A DNA stretch of 64,000 bases, taken from contig JBFWNU010000004.1 of NCBI GenBank assembly GCA_050250895.1, positions 686,934 to 750,933 of the forward strand. The letters run 5' to 3'. The notes below the pieces were generated by a model. It had not been told where the DNA came from and made no database searches. It worked only from the letters and a program-made list of their open reading frames with translations. Shown in pieces: positions 44,132 through 54,097 of the stretch. Origin of the DNA: Vulcanimicrobiota bacterium. GTDB taxonomy: Bacteria > Vulcanimicrobiota > Xenobia > Xenobiales > JADMJV01. The position numbers and the translations under genes are program-made. Within the stretch, counting starts at the first letter, position 1; each line of letters starts with the position of its first letter.

Positions 44132-44971
44132 ATGGCACTGAGCGGCAGCCTGGCCAGGGCAGGCATCCTGGTGTACAAGCGCTACATTTCGGCCGAGTAC
44201 AACTCCAAGCGGCACAGCCATTGCATGTACTCTCAGTCGTGCTCGGCCTATGCCGGCCAGGCCTTCCAGGACCAGCCGGCCGGCCAGGCCCTGGCGTCCA
44301 CTTTGGCCCGCCTGGTGGCCTGCACCGAGCCTGTCAGGGAGGCCGCCTCGCAAGAGTTCGAACGAGTGCTAAGCCAGAGCCCGCCTGAGGACCTCGAGCA
44401 GCACTTTCACTTCGAAGAGCCCGAAGCGCGAAAGCTGCTGCTTGAGATCAAGGCGGGGCAGCGCCAGTCGCTGGCGAAACTCGACGTCCACCTTCACAGC
44501 CACTTTGGCGAGACGGCACCTGAGCGCTTCGAGGTCGGGCTGGCCCACCAGCCTCACCCGCTGCCGCCCCCGCGGGGATTGGCCCGCATTCTCTCGCCGG
44601 TGGCGGGACTCTTGACTGGTCTGGCCGGAGGGCTGGCGGGCGGTGCGGCCGGAGTGGTCGCGGGAGCCTGGCTGGGGACTCGCACCGGCTTTCTGGCCGG
44701 CTCGGGTGGCCTCGATCGGTGGCACCAACGGGTGGCCGAAAGCTACGGTCGTGACACACTGCGAGGGGTAGAGGCAATAGAAAAGCCGGTCATAGCCCCC
44801 CTGGCCCGTATGGGCCGGCACTGTCCGCCAGCCTTGCGCTGGGCGAGTGGGTGCCTGGGTGGTCTGACCGGCTTTGCGGCAGGCCTGGGCCTGGGCAGCG
44901 TCGGCGGCGCCATGGCCGGATTCGAGATGGGACGCTGCTTAGGCCACGGATTGGTGCGAGAGCACCTTTAA
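44132..44971 (+). CDS. YidD/haemolytic-domain protein fused to glycine-zipper membrane region
   Basis: I.VYKRYIS...C.Y..SCS.YA..A.....G......RL..C. Two GxxxG tracts. Confidence 0.75.
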   Translation: MALSGSLARAGILVYKRYISAEYNSKRHSHCMYSQSCSAYAGQAFQDQPAGQALASTLARLVACTEPVREAASQEFERVLSQSPPEDLEQHFHFEEPEARKLLLEIKAGQRQSLAKLDVHLHSHFGETAPERFEVGLAHQPHPLPPPRGLARILSPVAGLLTGLAGGLAGGAAGVVAGAWLGTRTGFLAGSGGLDRWHQRVAESYGRDTLRGVEAIEKPVIAPLARMGRHCPPALRWASGCLGGLTGFAAGLGLGSVGGAMAGFEMGRCLGHGLVREHL

Positions 44972-44982
44972 CGCTAAGCCCT

Positions 44983-45354
44983 TTAAGCCATTCCTCCGGC
45001 AATCGCTCCGAAGACACCGCCGGCTACAGCCCCGGTGACCCCGCCAGTGATAGCCCCGGCCAGAGGGCCGATAACGGCTCCGGCCACACCACCGATCAGG
45101 ACATCGGCGATCTTGTTGCCGGTCAGCTCGTGGCGAGAACCCCACAGCAAGCCGCCGACGAGGCCGACGGGTTCACCAATGACGCCGCCGATCTGAGCGC
45201 CGATCAAGCCGAAAGTGGCTGCCCCGGCGCAGCAGCCGGCCAGAGCGCCATCTCCGCTGGTCAGGGTCACCCGGTCCTGCCCGGCCATTTGAGGCGCCGC
45301 TGGACGCGAATTGGGACGAGCGTAGTTAGGTTGAGAGAAGCTTCCGATTTTCAA
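44983..45354 (-). CDS. Small glycine-zipper protein with polar N-terminal leader
   Basis: TTG start after ACGGAG. MKIGSFSQ...GQDRVTLTSG followed by long GxxxG repeats. Confidence 0.75.
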   Translation of the reverse strand: MKIGSFSQPNYARPNSRPAAPQMAGQDRVTLTSGDGALAGCCAGAATFGLIGAQIGGVIGEPVGLVGGLLWGSRHELTGNKIADVLIGGVAGAVIGPLAGAITGGVTGAVAGGVFGAIAGGMA

Positions 45355-45504
45355 GGTATTGGCTCCGTTTCTGTCTGTATTTGGAGAGAGGCCAGTTGGG
45401 CTTCTTGGGTTGGACACTAGCCGGCTGGTGTAGCCCGCATTTTAACCGGATGTAAAATGCTCGATGTTGAGAGCCTGTTGATGCCGCCCTGGTATTTTCG
45501 GACC

Positions 45505-46155
45505 ATGGGCGTAAACCGAAATAGCAGTTTTGACCAGGCATTACTGGAGGGCTTTCCCGATGTTCGATTGGCGATGGAATTAGCGCAAGCTATGCGTGAC
45601 AGACAGGAGGGCCATGAAGTCGTCGCCTGTCCCAACTGCGGCGGCCGCGCGTTTCTCGAGCAATTGGATGTGGTTCTTCCCGACACCAGGCGCCTTCACC
45701 GCGCCCAGATCACCTGTCAGGGCAAGCCAGACTGCCCTACCAGAATTTTGGACTATCCAGAAGGACTATCCATTTGGAACGCAGACGCTTTGACTATTCG
45801 CGACTTAGCCACTACAATGGGCGGTGGGGGTCGGATCCCCCATGTAAAGGTAATGAATATGCCCGAAAAACTTCCTCTGTGCGCGTGCGGGTGCGGCAAG
45901 CGAGTGAAATCAGAAGGCCGCCGCCTGGCATCGCGTCAATGCATTGGACGCTATAACGCCAACGTCAAAAGAAATGGAGCCAGAGCCGCTCGTAGCGCGT
46001 CGACCATCCACACGGTCGTCTCAGACACGCCCAGGACGCCCGTGCTGCTAGAACAGCTCATTTCGCTGGTAAGACTGGTTCCGCGCTCGTCTCGCCAAGA
46101 ATTCTGCTCGCAAGTGGTCTCTCTGGTCAACGCCGAAGAGGATCTCGGCGGCTAA
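45505..46155 (+). CDS. Hypothetical Cys-rich zinc-binding protein, lower GC than flanks
   Basis: CPNCGG...C....C and CACGCG...C motifs. Start re-assigned using TATTTT-N6-ATG. Confidence 0.65.
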   Translation: MGVNRNSSFDQALLEGFPDVRLAMELAQAMRDRQEGHEVVACPNCGGRAFLEQLDVVLPDTRRLHRAQITCQGKPDCPTRILDYPEGLSIWNADALTIRDLATTMGGGGRIPHVKVMNMPEKLPLCACGCGKRVKSEGRRLASRQCIGRYNANVKRNGARAARSASTIHTVVSDTPRTPVLLEQLISLVRLVPRSSRQEFCSQVVSLVNAEEDLGG

Positions 46156-46156
46156 C

Positions 46157-46495
46157 CTAGACAGTAACCACTTTGGGAGCGCGGCCGATGAGGCTGACGA
46201 TATCGTCCAGCGAGACCACCTGACCTACGTTTACGCTGTCCTTGAGATTGTAGTTCTCGAGACAGGATGCACTGCTGAGGATCTTCGCGCCCCCGGCTTC
46301 CAGAGTGCGCAGGGCCGGCAGCAACGGAGAGCCCTCCACCACCAGGCGGACCCCCTCGGTGTAGCAGCACACGGCTGCCGGCTTGGCCCCTGACTTGTCG
46401 AGGCCGAGCAGAAAGCGTTCCATCAGCCCAACCCCGTAGGGGGCGTCCTGCGGACCGACGGTTCCAAGAAAAGGCTTAGTCAATAGAATCACCAT
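46157..46495 (-). CDS. DsrE/YedF-like sulfur/selenium relay family protein
   Basis: G..LM..FL..L, Y.EGV.L, L..L...G..I.S..SCL..Y.L. Confidence 0.85.
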   Translation of the reverse strand: MVILLTKPFLGTVGPQDAPYGVGLMERFLLGLDKSGAKPAAVCCYTEGVRLVVEGSPLLPALRTLEAGGAKILSSASCLENYNLKDSVNVGQVVSLDDIVSLIGRAPKVVTV

Positions 46496-46521
46496 ATCGG
46501 TGCGTTCTTCGAAGCCGGGGG

Positions 46522-48780
46522 TTATTCCGCCTTCGGGGAGGCGTTTTCTTTCGGAGACGAAGCCGGCGTCGGCGAGGGCGTCTCGGGGGCCGGCGTCTCC
46601 GCCGGGGCTGCTGCTGGCGGGGTGCGCAGGCGCACCCAGGCATTGTTGTTAGGCACCACGCACTTGCGGGAGTGGTCGCGCCCGAGTTGGTCCCAGCGGG
46701 CCTTGAGCCAACGGAACTTCTCTGGCGTGAGCTGGGACATGGAACCGCCCGCGAAGAGGGCGTTACTGTAAAGCTGGCATTCGGCCTCGAGCAGATCGAC
46801 GGGTTCGTCCCAATCGGCACCGTCAGGACCCGACTCGACCAGGGGCTCGGCCCGACCCATCCAGAACCCGCCCTTGGTTTGGACCAGAGCCCATTGCTCG
46901 TTGGCCGACAGCGAGACCTCGACAATGTCGTCGGGATGGGTGACGACCGGTGTAGTGGGGGTCCCCGACTCGGTGTTCCACTCGCGGGCTCGTCCGCTGC
47001 CGTCGACCACTACCACGTTGTTGCCGGCTCCAAAGCCGGTGCCAGTGGCCGGAGCGTTGAGCGGCTTCATGAAGGGAGCGCCCACCTCCCAAAGAACGGC
47101 CTTGTTGGCATCACTGGTAATCAGCTTGTCCCCGTTGGGCGAGAACCGGATCAGCTTGAACTCGCTGCTACCGCCAGGAACGATGCGCAAGGTCTTGCCA
47201 TCAAAGTCGGACACGATGACATCGTTCTTGAGCGAGGCCACGGTGCGCTGACTGAGGGCCACCACCTTGCCTTTCACGGCCACCTGCTGAACCGGCTTGC
47301 CGGTCCCGGCATCCCAGACCGTCACGGCGTTGGCGCTCGCCGTGACCACGGTTTTGCCGTCACTCGAATAAGCCACAAAATCGGCCGGCTTTTTGAGCTT
47401 GAAGGTGACGCCCTTTTCTTTCTTCTCGAGGTCCCACAGCTGGGTAGCGAGGGGACCCGACGTCAAGAGAAACTTCTCGTCCGGCGAAAAGGCCGCCGCT
47501 GTGACCTCGCCCCCGCTGGCGATGAAAGGCAATTCACTGTGGTCTTTGAAAAGGCTTGGCTTCTTTCCACCAATCAGGGCATAGGTCCCTTTGGACGAGA
47601 GCAACCCGAAGTCACCCTCGTTGGCGCGGGCCAATTCGCGATAGAAGACCAGGCTCGGCTTTTCGTTCATGATCTTGGCGATGGCGTCGCGATACTTGCG
47701 CTCATCGGGAACCAGCTGGGCGGCTTGCAGATAAAAGAGAACAGCGGTCTGCCCCTCGGCCTGTTGGCCCGACTCGAAGTATTGCTCGGCCTGACGGCGA
47801 TTGGCCTGCTTGAGACTGATGAGCACGCCCGCTCCGATCATGCCGATCACCAGAACGCCGAACAAAGTGGCTGCTCGCGCTTTGCTGGCAATCACCCACT
47901 CGAGAATCCGCTGGCCGAGAGGCTTGGGAGCGTTCGGGTCCTTCTTTTCGGGGATACCGTGAATGACCCGCTCGAGCCAGACCAGGATCGCCGGAATGTC
48001 CTGAGGACGCTTCTCGGGATCGAGATCGAGACAATTCTCGATCAGGTCGGCAAACTTGATCGGGACCTTCGGGTTGTGCTTTACCAGCGGCTGTAAAGTC
48101 GTTTCTGGCAACAGCTCGGCATACTTGGCCCAGAGGTCGGCCGGGCGCTTGAACTTGGCCAGGGCCTGGTTGGCGGCATCGGTGCTGCGCGGCGGGGTGC
48201 CGGTAAGAATATGGTAAAACACCGCGCCCAGGGCGTAGATGTCCCAGGAAGGGTTGGGCTTGGCTCCGGCGGCGGCCATTTCGGGGGCCACATACCAGAC
48301 TTCTTCTGGGGTGGTGCGATAGAACTCCATCACCGGCACCTGGCCCAGGTCGGCCACCCGGATCTCGTCTTTTTCGGCCAGCAAGATGTTGGTGGGTTTG
48401 AGGTGACCGTGAACCCAGCCCTTCTTATGGGCGGCAGCCAGTGCCTTGCAGGTGTCCTCGAACCAACGGATCCCCTTCATCGGATCGTTGTAGGCCTGTC
48501 CGGCTCGGCTGTGGACCGAAGCCTTCATCAGAGGCGAGATGACGTAGAGATCCTCGTCGACTTCAAGGTCCTCTTGTGAGAGCAGGTTCACGCAGAGAAT
48601 CTGGAGTCGTTCTTCGCGATCTTGAAGACAACCCGGATGAATGGCGCGACGACGCGAGAGCATCTTGATCGCCACCTCTCGGCCACTTTCAGTGTGAACA
48701 CCCTTCCACACTTCGCCAAAGCTGCCCGACCCGAGATAGTCTTTTCTCTCGTAGCCTTTTAGCGGCTTCTCTCGCGCCAT
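46522..48780 (-). CDS. Hanks-type Ser/Thr kinase-like domain + TM + WD40 propeller (catalytic Asp replaced by His)
   Basis: LGSGSFGEVW, VAIK, HGHLKPTNIL, DLG, YVAPE, DIYALG. FSPD/YSSDG WD repeats. Confidence 0.9.
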   Translation of the reverse strand: MAREKPLKGYERKDYLGSGSFGEVWKGVHTESGREVAIKMLSRRRAIHPGCLQDREERLQILCVNLLSQEDLEVDEDLYVISPLMKASVHSRAGQAYNDPMKGIRWFEDTCKALAAAHKKGWVHGHLKPTNILLAEKDEIRVADLGQVPVMEFYRTTPEEVWYVAPEMAAAGAKPNPSWDIYALGAVFYHILTGTPPRSTDAANQALAKFKRPADLWAKYAELLPETTLQPLVKHNPKVPIKFADLIENCLDLDPEKRPQDIPAILVWLERVIHGIPEKKDPNAPKPLGQRILEWVIASKARAATLFGVLVIGMIGAGVLISLKQANRRQAEQYFESGQQAEGQTAVLFYLQAAQLVPDERKYRDAIAKIMNEKPSLVFYRELARANEGDFGLLSSKGTYALIGGKKPSLFKDHSELPFIASGGEVTAAAFSPDEKFLLTSGPLATQLWDLEKKEKGVTFKLKKPADFVAYSSDGKTVVTASANAVTVWDAGTGKPVQQVAVKGKVVALSQRTVASLKNDVIVSDFDGKTLRIVPGGSSEFKLIRFSPNGDKLITSDANKAVLWEVGAPFMKPLNAPATGTGFGAGNNVVVVDGSGRAREWNTESGTPTTPVVTHPDDIVEVSLSANEQWALVQTKGGFWMGRAEPLVESGPDGADWDEPVDLLEAECQLYSNALFAGGSMSQLTPEKFRWLKARWDQLGRDHSRKCVVPNNNAWVRLRTPPAAAPAETPAPETPSPTPASSPKENASPKAE

Positions 48781-48860
48781 TCGACCCAACCTCCGAACCG
48801 AATTATACCCAGCCGCCCGACTTCTGGGTCAATTTCGGGAAGTTAGATCTTCAATTTCTT

Positions 48861-51506
48861 TCAAGGCCTTCCTCCATCCGCGCCCTTCCGCTGGCGAGAC
48901 TGTAGCCGCCGCACTCTCAGGCGCATTCGTAGCAAGCGGGCCAGGGCGGGAAGGAAGACCAGTGATACGATGAAGTTGGCGGCCACCCCCACCGAAATAA
49001 CGAAGCCGAGCGAGTTCAAGCCGCGGTGCTGGGCGGTCATCAAACTGGCGAAACCCACCATCGTAGTCAGGCCACTGAGCATGATGGCCGGCCCGGTGGA
49101 ACTGGTCAAAATCGACTCGTGTCCCAACTCCTCCATCCGTCGTAACGAATGGACTCCATACACGACCCCAATCCCCACACTGATGGGTAGGGCAACGAAG
49201 TTGACCACATTGAAGTTGATGTGGCAATAACCCATCGCGCCCACGATGCAGATGACCCCGACGGCGGTGGGCAACAGGGTGAGCAGAAGCTCCTCCAGGC
49301 CCCGCAGATAGAATCCCATCACCAGGAGCACCCCGGCCAGGGTGAACCAGATGGTCAACCGATGGGCGCGCCCCATGGCTTGAAGGATGTGGTCCTGGAC
49401 CACGGGATGGCCGATCAGATCCGGGTCGACCGTGGTCACGTCGGCCAGAAACCGCTGCAGAGCGTCACGCTCCCAGATATTCTCGTTAGGCACTACGCTC
49501 AACTGAACCTGACCGTCGGTGCTCACGAAACGCACCCGCAGAGGCTCGGGCAAGTCATCGAAGCTGGGCGGCTCGGCCTGTTGCATCTTCAAGAATGCCA
49601 CCAATCGGGTCAGGTCTTCGTGAAGGGCGTCTTGAAAGGCTCCCAGACCGTCTTCGATGGGCCCGGGGTCCATGTTCTTGACCTGGGCCTCGAGCCGAGC
49701 CACGCGGCCGTCGAGTCCACCTTGCGAACCAAGCGTGTATTGGCTTCGCAGTCCCTCCACCCGGCGCTGCAGCGCCAGCAATTCGTCGACCCCGTTGACC
49801 GGCATCTTGGCCGGCACCGACAATTTGTCGACTTCGCCCAGGATCCGTTTCACCAGGGGCTTCTTGCGCTCGACATCGGGCGGAATCAAGGCTACCACCG
49901 AAGTAACCCGGGCGACGGTGGGTAGGGCCTCGAAGGCTTTCTGGCGTCGGCGCGCCTCTTCCAGATTGGGAGCCAGCGAGGTGGCCGAGAGAACGCCCGA
50001 CTTCAGCTCGCGCACGATCTCGATTTCGGTCCGGACCGATTCTAGCTCCTGGGCTTGAACCTTGAGCAGATTGTAGTCAAAGTGCACCTGGGAGCCCCAG
50101 ACCAGTCCCAGCAAACAGATGGCGATGCCAGCGCCGACCACGCGTCGGGGATGGAGCAGGAGGTGCTTTTCGAAGTCGGGTAGGGGGCTTGCCTCGCCGG
50201 CCAGCGTGCGACCTTCACCACCCAGGCGAAAGAGCGCGGGCAAGACCGTCACCGTCGAGAGGTAGCAGAGCAGAACGCCCCCGGCTGCGATCACTCCCAG
50301 GTCAGCAATGCCCCGAAAGCCGGTGAAGGTTAAAGCCACGAAAGCGGCAGCCGTAGCCAGAGCGCCCACCAGGGTGTCCATGCCGGTGCCCCCCATCGTT
50401 CGAGCCAGAGCGACATCTGGCTCGCAGCCGGCTCGCAGCTCTTCGGAATAACGAAAACAGATGTGGATACCGAAGTCGATGCCCAGCCCCATCAGCATCG
50501 TCACCATGCTGACGGTGATGAAGTTGAGGTGGCCCACCGCCAGGGTGGTGTAGCCAAGGGTCCAGCCCAGGCCACAAGATAGGGCGGCCACCGCCATGAC
50601 CGGTCGCCGAGGTTCGCCAAAGCCCCAGATGAAGAGGCCGGCAATGAGCAATAGACTGACGATGCCAGACCGAACGCTGTCTCGGGTGCAGGTTTTGCGC
50701 TCGTCGTTGAGCATGACCGGCAGCCCTGTCAGCCGCACCCGCAGCCCGTAAGCGCTGGGAGACAGGTCGGCCAGAATCGCCCGCAAACGAGCCACCGTCT
50801 CGGCCTGCCCTGCCAGCACCTCGCCGCGGCCTCCGGATTTGAGCGCGACCGCGTGGATACGGCCGTCGCCCAGGGTGAAGTAGACCTCGGTCTGACCGTT
50901 GATCAGCTTGCGCAGATAGTCCTGGGTGCGGGGGTCGTGGCTCTCGTCGAGCATTTCCCACAGAGGCGTGTGTTGGTAGCGGCCCCGGTTCGAGAGACTG
51001 GTCTCGAGCTCCCTCAGCAGTTGTTTGAGGATCCTCTGCCCACTGGGCCCCAGGTGGGTATCCGAACCGTCATTGTAACGCTCTAACTCGACGGCCAGAT
51101 GCTTGAGTTCATCGACCTCGAGATAGTAGAGGGCTTTGCGGCCCACCGTGGCCAGGTCGAGCTTGTAGTAGATGCTGTGGAAGAGGGCCGGCTCTTTTTG
51201 TAGCTTGGAAACCAACTCTTCGACGTAGGCTTGCCGCTGCTTGGCTGTACCCTGGTCGACGAGCACGGCGATATCGCCCGGATAAGGAAAGGTCGCCCGG
51301 TGACGTTCCACTCTGTGCACCACGGGATCATCGTCCTGGAAGAGATACGTCCAGTCCATGCGCAAATCCAAGCCGACCCAGGCGAGAGCGACCGACCAGG
51401 CACACAACAAAGCGGCCACGCCCAGGGTCAGCAGCGGCCTTTGATAGCACCCCAGCGAGAGGTCTACCAAAGCCCGCCGAACGGTGTCTTGGGGAGTGAG
51501 TTTCAT
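48861..51506 (-). CDS. MMPL/RND transporter, HpnN (hopanoid transporter)-like
   Basis: RLTG.P....E, GHLN.IT, GLGIDFGIH...RY.EE, F.G...LG.IA, N..NF.ALP...GIGV.YG.H. Confidence 0.85.
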   Translation of the reverse strand: MKLTPQDTVRRALVDLSLGCYQRPLLTLGVAALLCAWSVALAWVGLDLRMDWTYLFQDDDPVVHRVERHRATFPYPGDIAVLVDQGTAKQRQAYVEELVSKLQKEPALFHSIYYKLDLATVGRKALYYLEVDELKHLAVELERYNDGSDTHLGPSGQRILKQLLRELETSLSNRGRYQHTPLWEMLDESHDPRTQDYLRKLINGQTEVYFTLGDGRIHAVALKSGGRGEVLAGQAETVARLRAILADLSPSAYGLRVRLTGLPVMLNDERKTCTRDSVRSGIVSLLLIAGLFIWGFGEPRRPVMAVAALSCGLGWTLGYTTLAVGHLNFITVSMVTMLMGLGIDFGIHICFRYSEELRAGCEPDVALARTMGGTGMDTLVGALATAAAFVALTFTGFRGIADLGVIAAGGVLLCYLSTVTVLPALFRLGGEGRTLAGEASPLPDFEKHLLLHPRRVVGAGIAICLLGLVWGSQVHFDYNLLKVQAQELESVRTEIEIVRELKSGVLSATSLAPNLEEARRRQKAFEALPTVARVTSVVALIPPDVERKKPLVKRILGEVDKLSVPAKMPVNGVDELLALQRRVEGLRSQYTLGSQGGLDGRVARLEAQVKNMDPGPIEDGLGAFQDALHEDLTRLVAFLKMQQAEPPSFDDLPEPLRVRFVSTDGQVQLSVVPNENIWERDALQRFLADVTTVDPDLIGHPVVQDHILQAMGRAHRLTIWFTLAGVLLVMGFYLRGLEELLLTLLPTAVGVICIVGAMGYCHINFNVVNFVALPISVGIGVVYGVHSLRRMEELGHESILTSSTGPAIMLSGLTTMVGFASLMTAQHRGLNSLGFVISVGVAANFIVSLVFLPALARLLRMRLRVRRLQSRQRKGADGGRP

Positions 51507-51621
51507 TGACTTGAGGCCATGCTCACGCAACGGAGCCGACCTTTCTTGAACAATATGTCAACGCTTGGAGTTTCGCTCGTCAAACGGCAAGAATCCGGGC
51601 GCTCGTGCTGAAGAGACAGCC

Positions 51622-52794
51622 ATGCGTTCTCGTCGATTGTTGTGGCTGCTGGTGCTGTTGCTGGGCCTGGGCTGCCAACCTCCCAACGACAGGTTCCAGC
51701 TGGGCTCGCTCATCGCCGAGATGAAGCCGCCCTTCGGGGATTTTCAGCCTCAGGTTCACGGTCCGATGGTGGTCTATACCAATTCGAAGGGCTCCACCAT
51801 CCGGCTGCAAAACGAGGGGGAACTCGAGGTGGTGCGGCTGGCCGCTCAACTCGAGCGGGCCGCCTCTCAACTGCCAGGGGACCCCGGCGCAGCCGCCTCG
51901 ACGGTGCGCCTGGGGCGGCCCCCAGAGAGCCTGTTAGAAGGCCATCCTCAACGGGCCGAACTAGAATTCTGTCGCCAGAAAGTCGGCCAGGCGCTCGAGC
52001 TCTGGGACCAACCCGAGCAAGCCAGAAACGTGCTCGGCGAAGCCATCACCCAACTGCGCAACGCCCGGGTCGAGCCTGGCCCGCTGGGGTGGCACCGTCA
52101 CCCCGACCTGGCCGACCTGCCCCGACTCGAGGAGGGCGCTCCCGGCGAGTCCGAGATGCCTGCCTATCGAGCCGTCTTGAAGGGCGAGCACGGCGACGTG
52201 TTGGTCTATTTCTTCGTCAGCCACGGTCAACTGTTGAGCCTGGTGGCCTCGGGGCCCAACCAGCCGTTGCAAGAGTTCTCTTCTGGAGCCGAGCGCATCG
52301 CCGAAAGCCTCAGTTTCGAGCAGGGACAGCTGGCTCCCCAGGGACCTCCGGTCCTCGAGCAGCTGGCCCGGGTCCCCCGCCTGGGCTGGCTCTTCGGCCT
52401 CACCATTCCGGCCGCCTTGTTCGCCGCCCTGGGCGCGAACCTGGGATGGAAGCGCGGAGAGCACAACGACAAAGGGGCTCGAGCCACGGCCGCCACCTGG
52501 GCGGGCGTCAGCGTGGGAGCCGTCTATCCCTTTTGCCTCACCGTGGTGGGGGCCGTGGGGCTGGCGGCTCTGCTGGCCACTGGCACCTCGAGCGGCGGGT
52601 TCTCGCCGGGCCTGGCCGGGGCCATGATGACGTTCATGTTATTCGCCTGCGTCCAGACCTGCGGGGCGGCGGTGGGTCTGGTGACGGCCCTGGCCACCTG
52701 GGCGGCAGCCGTCAAAGGGAAACTCCCCGCGGTGGTAGCGGCCGGCCTTAGTGGCGCCGCCACTGTTCTTCTCGGCCTGGAGTTCTACGGCTGA
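51622..52794 (+). CDS. Hypothetical lipoprotein with C-terminal multi-TM region
   Basis: MRSRRLLWLLVLLLGLGC lipobox. Confidence 0.75.
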   Translation: MRSRRLLWLLVLLLGLGCQPPNDRFQLGSLIAEMKPPFGDFQPQVHGPMVVYTNSKGSTIRLQNEGELEVVRLAAQLERAASQLPGDPGAAASTVRLGRPPESLLEGHPQRAELEFCRQKVGQALELWDQPEQARNVLGEAITQLRNARVEPGPLGWHRHPDLADLPRLEEGAPGESEMPAYRAVLKGEHGDVLVYFFVSHGQLLSLVASGPNQPLQEFSSGAERIAESLSFEQGQLAPQGPPVLEQLARVPRLGWLFGLTIPAALFAALGANLGWKRGEHNDKGARATAATWAGVSVGAVYPFCLTVVGAVGLAALLATGTSSGGFSPGLAGAMMTFMLFACVQTCGAAVGLVTALATWAAAVKGKLPAVVAAGLSGAATVLLGLEFYG

Positions 52795-52831
52795 ACAGGA
52801 CCAGGCCGCCCGTTGCAGAAATTGTAACAAA

Positions 52832-53668
52832 GTGAAGGACGACTATAGCCAGCGGAAGCTGCAGGCCGAAATGGCCAAAGCTGCCGCCCGGCAGAAGGAA
52901 AAGAAGGAAGCCACACAGTCTCGGGGGGATCTCTGGAAAGAGCAGCGCAAGAATCGCAAAAAGCTCACCCAGAAAGCCGTCCTCATCTCTGTTTGGTCGG
53001 CCGCCGCCGTGGCCCTGGTGGTGGCCGCCTGGTTCATGGGTTGGTTTCCCGCCGGAACGCCCACGGCGCTCACCCAGGCGCTAGCCAACCCTAAGGCCAG
53101 TGAACTCGTCATACCTCGGACCGGGCTGACCAAGCTTCCCGACGAGATCTCCACCCTGACCGCTCTCCAGAAGCTCGACGTCAGCGAGAATCAGCTCGCC
53201 GAGTTGCCGGCCGGTGTGGCCAGTCTCACCAGCTTGCAGATCCTCAAATGTCGCTATAACCAGCTCGAACGATTGCCGTCGGGGTTGGGCAACCTGGCCG
53301 CGCTCAAAGAGCTGGATTGCTCAGGCAACAAGCTCACCGCTTTGCCCGACGACTGGTCCGGGCTAAAGAAGTTGACCCGACTGGACGTGTCCAAGAACCA
53401 GCTGGGCGAGCTTCCCTGGAACGTGGGCGACCTGCAATCCCTGACCTATTTCTCGGCCCGCAACAACCATCTCGGGGCGGTGCCCGACGGCCTCGGCAAG
53501 CTCACTGGCCTGGTAGAACTCGACCTGAGCTACAACCCTATTTCAACCCTTCCCGACCTCAGCAAGATGTCTCATCTCAAGACACTGAATTTGCGTTCGA
53601 CTAAATTGACCGCGGCCGAGAAGGACCGCCTTCGCGGCTCGCTACCGAGCACTCAGCTGCTATTCTAG
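52832..53668 (+). CDS. Membrane-anchored leucine-rich repeat protein
   Basis: Six to seven L..LD.S.N.L..LP repeats after one TM. Start re-assigned to GTG 52832. Confidence 0.9.
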   Translation: MKDDYSQRKLQAEMAKAAARQKEKKEATQSRGDLWKEQRKNRKKLTQKAVLISVWSAAAVALVVAAWFMGWFPAGTPTALTQALANPKASELVIPRTGLTKLPDEISTLTALQKLDVSENQLAELPAGVASLTSLQILKCRYNQLERLPSGLGNLAALKELDCSGNKLTALPDDWSGLKKLTRLDVSKNQLGELPWNVGDLQSLTYFSARNNHLGAVPDGLGKLTGLVELDLSYNPISTLPDLSKMSHLKTLNLRSTKLTAAEKDRLRGSLPSTQLLF

Positions 53669-53683
53669 AAAGGGGCGATTCCA

Positions 53684-54097
53684 GTGCTACCGCAACGACG
53701 TTCACGGCAGGGCTTCACCCTCATCGAATTGATGATTGCCATCGGCATTATCGCCATGCTCGCGGCCATCCTGGTCCCGAACTTCATCCGGGCCAAATCC
53801 AACTCGCAGCTGACCGCCTGCAAATCGAATCTTAAGAACATCGCCACCGCCGTGGAGGTCTATTCGACCGAGAACGGTGCTCGATTTCCCCTGGGCCTGA
53901 ACAATCTGACCCCGAACTTCTTGAAGACCATCCCCACCTGCCCGGCCATCGCCTCCAACAGCTACGAGGCCAGTTACGTCTCGCACTCGGTGCCCGACAT
54001 CTACACCGTGATGTGCGAGGGTAACAATCACCTCACGCTCCAGATTCCAGCCAACTATCCGCAGTGGAGTTCGGTTCAGGGCCTGATTGAGCGATAG
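53684..54097 (+). CDS. Type IV pilin / GspG-like prepilin
   Basis: QG|FTLIELMIAIGIIAMLAAILVPNF. Confidence 0.93.
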   Translation: MLPQRRSRQGFTLIELMIAIGIIAMLAAILVPNFIRAKSNSQLTACKSNLKNIATAVEVYSTENGARFPLGLNNLTPNFLKTIPTCPAIASNSYEASYVSHSVPDIYTVMCEGNNHLTLQIPANYPQWSSVQGLIER

